A DNA stretch of 64,000 nt from Setoptus koraiensis (lineage: Eukaryota; Animalia; Arthropoda). The first letter of the stretch is position 1. The number at the start of each line of letters is the position of its first letter. The notes beneath the pieces are model-generated. The model was not told where the DNA came from. It was given only the letters and a program-made list of their open reading frames with translations, and did no database searches. Where the stretch lies: the NCBI GenBank assembly GCA_048013815.1, contig CM106585.1:11594001-11658000 (forward strand), read 5' to 3'. Of this stretch, positions 55,108 to 64,000 are shown in pieces. Both the position numbers and the translations under genes were made by a program.

Positions 55108-55981
55108 AATTCTGCTCATCAATACTTAGACTGTAAGCAAGTGATGAGGATTGATGTATCCTTCAAAAACGTTTCTAGATAAAAACAAGATTGATATTTC
55201 CACTTAGAAGGAACCCATACTCCGATTTCGCTAGACTACTGTATGTTTTACTAGTTGACACAGTCATTCTCGCTACCCCTTTGTTAGCGACTATGATTTC
55301 TGATTCTCAATAAACTAATTTAGATAAAAGATTGACTTATCATATATAAGTTTTCAAGATTAGTTGGCTCATGTTTGTCACACAACTTCTTTCAAGTCTA
55401 GATAGGCTCAAATTGCGCGCGCTTCACCTCATTGAAACTACCGCTCGAATGCAATATCTTCTAGACCAACCTTCACTATTGGATCAAGGTTAATATTTGC
55501 TTCGCCTCTAAGGATGCCCTTTTAGATGTAATAGCTTTTGTGAGTCGTTGACGGATACCAATGGGGATTCGATGCGAAGGATCTCGATCAGATAAACGTC
55601 TTTTTGGAACAGTTTTATGATCAAGAAATATTATAAGACTGGAACAATCAAAACTAGTCCAACATGGAATGAGTGCATGCACTTGGAGCTTCATTCACAT
55701 AGTCAGTGACATATAGGCACTGAGAAGTCATGCAGCAATTTGACGATACGATAGCAAAAATGATCGAATTGTTCAGGTAGAGACTAACAAATTAATTACG
55801 AAACTTGTCACTACAAACAATAATAATTCACAATGGCTCAATTAGTACAGAAACTCATGGAATGTAACAGTAAGTAATAAATAATAGTGGTCTAGCCCCC
55901 TATGAGACGAGTAAGAATAAATCTTTCTTACACATACCAACAATACTTTATTCCATATACACAGAGTATCCACAAAGATGG

Positions 55982-57994
55982 ATGCAAGAACTCAGTTTAT
56001 GTTCAAGGTGTGCGCTAGCCAGTATGGACGATCATAACCCTAGAAAATCTCATCTCAATGGACTTATCTGCAGGAATAGGTTCACTACACTATCTTCACA
56101 AGATGCCATCAACATCAATCGCCGAGCTAAACATGATTCTTATTGGCTTGGCGGAACTACCTCAATCACTTCTAAGAGTTTGACTCAAAATTTTAAAAGA
56201 GTCTCTGTAGCTCTTAAGCATACCTATAGTAATCATTTGCGTGGTGCCGAACTACTTAAGGACAATGCTGCAACTAAAGTGAGTATAACAATCCAATCAA
56301 ATCTTTCAACCTTGTTCGCAATTCGCAATGCTCATTCTATATCCTTTTTACTACTTTTGTTTATAATGTAATAGGGTTTGGCGTTCGATGAAGAAGAAAG
56401 AATAGCTTTGGGTATACTTGGACTACTACCTCCAGGTCATAGAACCCAGGAAGTTCAGGTGCAGACAGCAATGAACTACATTAATACCACAGATGACGAT
56501 CTGAAAAAGTATACCTATTTACGTAATCTGAAAGATTACAACGAAAGGATGTTCTACAGGACCCTAGCAGAAAATGTAGAGGCTTTGATGCCTATCGTTT
56601 ACACTCCTGTAGTAGGTTTGGCTTGCCAAAAGTACAGTCATATCTATCTAAGACCGAGAGGACTATTCGTAACTATGAATGACCTCGGCCGAGTATCGCA
56701 AGTGATAGCAAATTGGCCAGAGGACAATGTTCACGCGATAGTTGTAACCGATGGCGAACGCATACTTGGGCTAGGTGATCTTGGTGCCAACGGAATGGGT
56801 ATCAGCATTGGAAAACTCTCCTTGTATACTGCTTTGGCCGGTATACCACCACACACAGTATTACCCGTTTGCTTGGACGTAGGAACGAATAATCAATCTT
56901 TATTAGACGATCCATTCTACATAGGATTGCGCCAACTGAGAGAAAGAGGAAAAAAGTATCATCAATTGATTGATGAATTTATGGAAGCTGTCGTGAAACG
57001 CTTTGGACAATCTTGTCTGATACAATTTGAAGATTTCGCAAATGCGAACGCTTTCTCTATCTTGGAAAAATATCGTGGACGTTACTGCACATTTAATGAT
57101 GATATTCAGGGTACCGCATCAGTTTGTGTTTCGGGCATGCTGTCTGCAGCGAAATTGATTTCGACAAATATAGCCGATCACACATTTTTATTCTTCGGAG
57201 CTGGCGAGGCGAATCTTGGAACAGCGGCATTGTTAGTAGAAGCGCTCATGGACAAAGGCTTGAATAAAGAGGAGGCCAAACAAAGAATATGGATGATGGA
57301 CGCGAATGGATTGGTGGTTAGTAGTCGAGATGTCAGTAAATGGTCTAGTCATGTAGCAGACTTTGCACACGAGGCTCCTCACTTGACAGACATGGGCGAA
57401 ATATTGGATCTAGTCAAACCCACGGCTTTAATTGGAGCCTCGGCTGCTTCAGGTGCATTTAATGAGGAGGTACTTCGAAAGATGGCTACGTTGAACGAAC
57501 GACCCATTGTGTTTGCTCTGAGTAACCCAACATCCAAAGCCGAATGCACTGCACAGCAAGCATACCAGTACACTGATGGTAGATGTATTTTTGCATCTGG
57601 ATCTCCGTTCGACCCTGTAGAGTACAATGGCAAAAAATACACAATTGGTCAGGGCAATAATGCGTATATATTTCCGGGTATTGCTCTTGCAGTGATGGCA
57701 TCTCAGGCACCTAGTATATCAGAGAAAGTATTTCTGGTAGCAGCACAAGCACTTAGTGACCAAGTTAATGAGTCGGAGGGCTTGGAAAATCTAGTCTATC
57801 CTAAGATAGGACGGATAAGAGAAGTAACGCTTCATGTGGCGGCAAAGGTCATGGAGTACTTTTATGAAGAGGGCTTGGCAAATTACCTTTTTGAGCCAAA
57901 AGATAAATTATCTTTCTTACGAGATATACAGTATAACTATAATTATGATAAAGGAAAAGAAGAGACCAACAAAAATGATGCTTCTGCTTGCTAA
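55982..57994 (+). CDS. Malic enzyme (malate dehydrogenase, decarboxylating); join(55982..56278,56375..57994), about 638 aa
   Basis: LMPIVYTPVVGLACQ, VVTDGERILGLGDLG, QFEDFAN, FNDDIQGTA, GAGEA, FALSNPTSKAEC and GQGNNAYIFPG. The upstream exon ends LRGAELLKDNAATK|GTGAGT and joins GLAFDEEER through a 96-nt intron, matching the family's N-terminal pattern. The start codon (55982 or 56024) is uncertain. Confidence 0.92.
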
Positions 57995-58103
57995 GTATAT
58001 ATCATCCTCAAGTCAACCCAACTCATATCCAATGACGGGAATGTTTGAATCTCGTATTGTTAATATTGTTGTTATTAGATTAAAATTCTAATGTAGAACT
58101 CAA

Positions 58104-58421
58104 TCATCTGTTTCTATATGTTTCCTGGTTGGGTTTGTTTGTGATGGAGTGCTTTTTCGCGACGTTTTTGCTTGTTATTTCGACCATTTGTCTCGAATTG
58201 CCCTCAAGGTCATCGAGTAGTTGTTTAACTTCAAGGTAAAACGAGGCCTTGGTTGCGGCGGCTAGCTCACGTTGAGCCAACAAATTGCGAACCGAGTTCT
58301 CTAGGCGCTGTATCTCATTCTTCAGCTGGTCATTTGTAATTTTCAGATGTCGCTTTTGTTCTTGGTAGCTGTTTAATAATTTTTTTATTTCCATTTTCTC
58401 CAGGGCTTCCTCGTCATACAT
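58104..58421 (-). CDS. Hypothetical coiled-coil protein (105 aa); a 5' extension toward 58654 is possible
   Basis: Heptad-like, charged ORF (EIKKLLNSYQEQKRHLKITNDQLKNEIQRLENSVRNLL) lying convergent to malic enzyme and divergent from KIAA0513. No family recognised. Confidence 0.5.
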   Translation of the reverse strand: MYDEEALEKMEIKKLLNSYQEQKRHLKITNDQLKNEIQRLENSVRNLLAQRELAAATKASFYLEVKQLLDDLEGNSRQMVEITSKNVAKKHSITNKPNQETYRNR

Positions 58422-58890
58422 GATTAAAAATTTTGTGAATTGTAAGCTGCTAATAAAAACCTTGGATTATCCTGGGGTTTGTTGTTGTTCTCTCTACTTT
58501 TCCAGAGATTTTGGATGTTTTGTGTAAGTACGTGTGACGGATGATCGTAAAGAGGCGCGCATAGTGTATCTGAGTCGGTACAATCACCACACGAGGGATT
58601 TGGGCGGTCTCGAGAAGAAGCGACTCTAGAGGCCCTCTGGTGCAAGATGGTCAAAACGAGAAAAAAAACCGCCCCCTCAAAAACAGAACAAACATATGAT
58701 TCATATGATACGAACAGCTCGTCTTGAGATATTAAGCTATCCGATTGTCCGACAATAACTATTGACTGACAATAGTAATAATAATAACAACAATACCAAC
58801 GGCAACAATCTAAGGTTCGTTATAGTGGCCTGTGGATATGTTCATTGTTTACAATCAGTGTGATCGGATCTGATCAAACGAGGAGATGCC

Positions 58891-59889
58891 ATGTCCAACC
58901 CGGACACCACATCCACCACATCACTAACGAATGAGGAGAAACAACAAAAACTTCGTGCAGATATTAGATCCTTTGTAGTGACAGTATTTCAGGATAGTCA
59001 ATCTATCTCGCTAACAGAGAAAGCAAAATTTGGCAAATTGGTCAGACATCCGGAGGCCCGACTATGGTTTGCGCAATTTGTTGACGAATACAGAGTCAAT
59101 AGTAAGCTAGTGAGCGAATTGACATTCTATAGTTTGGCTCAATATTTTTCAATTGTACTCTTTGAATGCCTTGCAGAGGAAGATTTTCAACCTGCCAAAA
59201 TAATTATGAACATGATGTTCACCTACTATTATCATGTAACAACTACAACAAGCAACGCCAACTCAACGCAACCGACTACTACTCAGTCAACAGGACAACA
59301 ACACACTAATGGCAATTCTGATCCTTCCAGTCATCAACAAGTTTACTTATACCAATTCTTGAAAGATCAACAGATATTCAAATCAATTAGATTTTGGACA
59401 TCGGCCTTCTATGAATCGGTCATATCAGAACGCAATAATCATCAAGTCTTTAAACCTGATCCCTCGCCAAAAGGTGCCATAGATTCGGTGCTTGGTTCAA
59501 GTGAATCAAGTCACCAGACATCGGATGACCAGATGACACCAAAATTGTCTAGCAACAAAAAAGTGTCCCAGGACAAACGCATCGAGGAACTTAAATGCAA
59601 CAGAAACATAACATTCGGACTTTTAGGCTCATTCATTCACAACATGATGTTACTGGGATTGTCTCAATCGTTTTGCCAGGAATTTCTAGACAAGCATTCG
59701 ACCATTGCTGGCCTAGACAAAGAGCAAACGGATGCATTGTATGGTAATCTCAGTTCAATGTTCAATAGTATTTCGGAGGAACAACAACAAAATCCCAAGG
59801 CTGCATCCAAACCAACTCCCCTGTTTCGGAAGCCACTCTCATTCAGCATAAAAAATCCTACCCTCCATTACAGACCTAAGTTTCTATGA
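58891..59889 (+). CDS. KIAA0513: KIAA0513-like protein (SBF1/SBF2-type domain), intronless
   Basis: EKAKFG...RLWFAQFV...RVNSKLVSELTFYSLAQYFSIVLFEC...DFQPAKIIMNMMFTYY, YLYQFLKDQQIFKSIRFW-SAF and NITFGLLGSFIHNM match the KIAA0513 family pattern as recalled. Confidence 0.85.
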   Translation: MSNPDTTSTTSLTNEEKQQKLRADIRSFVVTVFQDSQSISLTEKAKFGKLVRHPEARLWFAQFVDEYRVNSKLVSELTFYSLAQYFSIVLFECLAEEDFQPAKIIMNMMFTYYYHVTTTTSNANSTQPTTTQSTGQQHTNGNSDPSSHQQVYLYQFLKDQQIFKSIRFWTSAFYESVISERNNHQVFKPDPSPKGAIDSVLGSSESSHQTSDDQMTPKLSSNKKVSQDKRIEELKCNRNITFGLLGSFIHNMMLLGLSQSFCQEFLDKHSTIAGLDKEQTDALYGNLSSMFNSISEEQQQNPKAASKPTPLFRKPLSFSIKNPTLHYRPKFL

Positions 59890-60412
59890 ATCGAACGATC
59901 AACACACCTTCCAGATACTTATAAGTGACTAAAGAAACAAACATAAACAAAAAGAATTCTACATATATGTGTATAGCAATCGTAAGTGCCAAAACAAGTG
60001 TAAACAGAGTGACGCGAATTGTTGATTTTGATGCTCTTTCTATAATATACTTATCTATTATTATATTTATTATTTCAAACTATACACCAGCGTACAAGTG
60101 AGTGTACATATGCGAATTATTAATAAAGACTACAAAATGCAAAAATCTCTTTGGCTTTCAAATGATCAGCAATAATAGTTGCAAAAGATTTTTCCCATTG
60201 CTCTTCCTTCTGCCTCTCAATATTGTACTATTAAACTACTACTACTTTATTGTTGTTATCGTTGGTTTGGTTGGTTGTTCACGCGGGAATCTCCTTTAGT
60301 TGAGTGGTTTTGGTTCGCACTCGGGATAACGGTTTGCTTATTGATGGCAATGTGAAAACAAGAAACACACTGGGGCTCCTGGGCAAGACATGTTTGTGGT
60401 ATGATCAAAAGA

Positions 60413-62547
60413 TCAGGGATCTTGTGAGTTTTTGTTGGCTGTGCTACTCGGTGTAGTCTGTTTCAGTGCCAAGAAAGAAACGAAACCCATAAAGTTAACA
60501 ACACCAAAGCAAGTGAACAACCAATTCCAAGCAGTTTGTGTGCCACCCTAAATTTTGATTGATAATTGATTGATTCACAGAGATACACAGATATTGGTCT
60601 GAGTCAATGATGCAGGTTCTATAATATGAAAATTTGTTTCTCGCCCGGGAATGCTTACCGTCGCATCAAATACCAAGCCAATACAGCAACAAAACAAAGG
60701 TATCAAGCCGCAACTCATGGTATTATATACACTGAACATGGCTCCGCTGAGACCAGCCTGGCTCCAGTCATCCATAATTGTGCCCATCAAGGCTAGGTCC
60801 GTGGCGGAATGGAGAGCCTTGTTGAATGAAAATACTATGCTTTCCCCACGATTGATAAATGTCGGTAGTATCCAAGTTATGAGAGAACCAGTGGAGGCTA
60901 ATTGGTGTGTTTGACGAAAGAGAAAACAACGATACATAGATAACAAAATTGTCAATATCTTGATCGTCTTCAGGAAGCTCTCTGTGGCATAGCCGATACA
61001 GTGTGAAAAGTTTACATATTGTTGTAAATCTTTCATTTGTTCTATGTTGTTCTCACCTATACCATATACCATGGTTCTAGCTTTGTACCCTGACCATTTC
61101 AATTTGAGCATGAGAAATTCTAACAATTCAGTGGCCCAAATTATCGCCAACGAAGAGGCAAACTGTATGACAGTGCATGCCAAACCGATAGATGCCATGT
61201 CCATTCTCTGGACCACACTTAAATAGGTTGGTAAAAAGTTATTGAAAGAAATTCCTGTGCCATTGTAGATAACAAAACTCGCCATCAATAGATAAAAGTT
61301 TCTTGAGCCAAACAACTTTGTCCAGGGGGCGGAAGATACTTCAGATTCACCCTCTTTGGATGATTTAAACGCTCTCTTCGACAGAATAATTTTCAGTTCT
61401 CTTTGACTAATAAGCCAGCATTCTTCTGGTGAATTTCTCACTACTATGACCCAAAATACCAACCATACAGCCCCCATGAAACAAAATCCATAGAAGGACC
61501 ATGACCAGTGATAAGAGCAGAGCCAACTCGTGATCAACGGCGTGATTGAGCAGCCACCAATGTCGAAGAATTGCATCATCGCCAGGGCCCTCGTATTCTC
61601 GTGCGAGGGTAACCATTTATCAATCATACCTAACGAAAAAATTGTTTTGATGCATCAATTTAAGCATATTGATTATTTGTGTCACATAGTCATCATCATT
61701 CGATGATTGTCACATCGTGATTTGATTCTGGTGAATCAATCAGTTGTCGATATCCAGTGTTGCTATTTTTACTTTTTACGTCAATCTTACCGAAAAATAT
61801 CGGATAACAAGCAGACCCTCCAAGACCCATGAAAAATCTCAGTACAGCCATCCATTGCCAGCCGAAATAGACCGCGCTCGGCATGAGAGCTATTGTAATC
61901 AGAGTAACCAATTGCGATAATATAATTGGCATGTAAACTCCATGCTTACCAGCCCAGTGCGACAGGTGAATTTGGGGCAACTTTGCGTAGATTTGTCGGC
62001 AAAGGAGAGATCACAAATGCTGAATCAACTCTGCATAGTTTAGCCAACTGCAAGAAACTTTTTTGTTTTTACTTACAGTATAACCAATGTAATAAATATT
62101 TATAATCAGACTTTGTACGAAGTTTGACCAAACAAATTCTCCATCGACAACGGAAACTAACTCTGAAGTTGGATCCTCCGCATCTCCGAATGGATGCTCT
62201 AAATTATTGACAGCAGTATGATTGACCATCTTAACAATGGCCACTGTCATTGATAGACGCAACATAAACAATAGAGCCAGTCCGGTGGAGGCCAAAAACA
62301 TGACTATCCATCTGGTGTGATGGAAAATCTTGTTTGGCCACTGACGTTGAGCTATGAGGCTCTCAGACAATTCAAAAGTTTCTATCGACTTTTGTTTCTC
62401 CATTTTGCTCGAAACGCTAACTCCATTTCTCTTATTGATGCTGTTTCTAAGTTCTCGACCTGGACTATCTGGCATAGAACGCGTGGCTGAGTCGTTTGTT
62501 TCGTCATTTGAGAGGGCACCATCATTTTGAATTGAATTCAATGCCAT
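60413..62547 (-). CDS. SLC17/sialin-like MFS anion transporter; complement(join(62077..62547,61791..61980,61057..61629,60659..60897,60413..60547)), 535 aa
   Basis: TM1 LFMLRLSMTVAIVKM, GEFVWS...QSLII..YYIGY, LRFFMGLG, IDKWLPSHE, W-WSFY-F..G.VW..FW...V..SP, PW..LF.S and LPTYL. Four GT-AG introns join in frame (1608 nt). Confidence 0.85.
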
Positions 62548-64000
62548 TTTGACTACTGCAATTTATTGCCGATGGAAAAACTGTCTTGTTACTGTCGTTC
62601 TCTGAAAACTTGTATCATTTATTCTTTAAATAAACAAAAAATTTCTCGCCAACGCGGAGATTGCCTTCAAACTCCAACTAGCTGAGAGAATTTGCCGCTG
62701 TGTGATATCGACGACAGTTCATAACAAACAGTCCATGGCTACAATAAGAGAGTGATCAAATAAATTCTCTCGTCTGATGTAATGACGCCAATTGATTGGG
62801 TAAGTGTTTATAGTAAGGTTTATAGTGACACTTGTTGACATGTTTAATGGCCAGCTTAACGTTTAATCCGTTGCCAACGAAAATTGTTGTCTATCATAGT
62901 GGCGCGATCAAGAAATGAAACCATATGAAACTATTCGCAAGAGAATTGCGCAATGCTGTTGTCTGTCTGAGCGTTTGATACACTTGTCTGGATAAGCTAT
63001 GGCATAGGCATAAATAATAAGCATATTGATGGCGATGTAAAAACAAGCGACACACTTATTAAAACACTGACGTTTTTATTAATATAATTATCGATTAATA
63101 ATAATTGTCAGCAATATAAGTTTATTTGATACCATAGACATCGTTGGATTTAGGCGAGATGCGCCGGTTGCCAAACACTCAAATCGACATAGACTACACT
63201 ACAGATTTACTACAGACAGGGGTCAATATGAGGCCGAACAATGATCTCAACTTGAGATTGTCAAGGCACAATTATAGTATCGGTGTTGATTGGAGCATTA
63301 TGAGCATTATCCAGCATTATCTCACAGCGCTTACCTGTTGCAACAATGTGTCACGCAATCGTTGTGACCCTGGCCTGTTTACCGGCTGCCTACTGGCGAG
63401 GGAAAGTTTTACAGAAGGAATTCTGTCAAGTGGCAACCTCTTGACGGCAATAAAGACTCTTTATTAATGAGACGTCGGCGGCCGCAGTGAATTAATTTGT
63501 TTTGATTAACAGGTTGTATGGGGTCAGCGCCTACAACGGCACAACAACAAATGATACAACGAATGATATAGGAGGCACGAGCATGTGCAAATTATCATGA
63601 AAGATGCAAATTGATTTTTGAGCATATTATTTGTTATTACCATGTTACGACACCGACGAGCTTTTTGCGCAAGTCATGCACAACAGCAGCAACAACAACA
63701 ACAACATTACCAGAAAGTAACTCGCTTATTAGCATGCAAACAAATTATGGGTCAGCGCCACCAGAACAAGGCTGGCTGTGGGATGGGGGAGGCTGTTGTT
63801 GTTAATTGTTGTTATCACGAGTTTCGCTACTTTAATGATGGATTATTTGTGTAAAAAGTATCAAAAAAGAAAGATTGTTGCCATCTATCAGGCATTGGTG
63901 TGTGATAATATTGCCTCATGTCTCATGTCTCATGTCTTATGCCTTATACACACACACACAAGTGACTTTACTGGCTATACTGTTGGCACTTTGGCTGGCT

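Noticed and set aside
55371-55694. Short ORFs between PRPF38B and malic enzyme
   Set aside because: Several 30-70-codon frames exist on both strands, but none is recognisable or joinable by plausible introns.
63144-63467. ORF with GVDWSIMSI...LTCC, faintly resembling nAChR loop C (SVEWDIM...YTCC)
   Set aside because: It starts at TTG, the spacing is off by one, the loop C Tyr is missing, the match overlaps an AGCATTAT tandem repeat, and there are no neighbouring receptor exons. Probably chance.

Overview
Eukaryotic (arthropod, most likely a compact mite-type genome; taxon is inference) window with two very different halves. (1) 1-35.1 kb holds one gene, a conventional Ca2+/DAG-dependent protein kinase C (4 coding exons, about 1113 aa). 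It is split by three 8.7-10.6 kb introns that are GC-rich and full of short tandem repeats; the hundreds of ORFs called there are noise. (2) 35.8-62.5 kb is gene-dense and AT-richer: ZC3H15, TPST, a SURF6 C-terminal copy, Tid1/DNAJA3, an orphan PPxY protein, a SURF6 N-terminal copy, a crooked-like Ly6 gene missed by the ORF track, a small basic protein, mRpL4, UQCRB, a 500-N scaffold gap, a divergent 9-exon nAChR alpha subunit, PRPF38B, malic enzyme, a coiled-coil ORF, a KIAA0513 homologue and an SLC17 transporter. The strongest finding is at 40.5-48.5 kb. A bidirectional promoter plus the first ~67 codons of mRpL4 appears to have been copied 6.5 kb upstream, giving Tid1 a ribosomal-protein-derived mitochondrial leader and giving a truncated SURF6 copy its start context. 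The same Tid1 gene has an in-frame 80-codon extension with a transmembrane segment behind a TGA-C stop. The nAChR subunit carries non-canonical residues at the channel gate (Val at 9', Asp at 12') and in agonist loops B and C. All gene models were built by hand from GT-AG sites and frame continuity; no transcript or database evidence was available.
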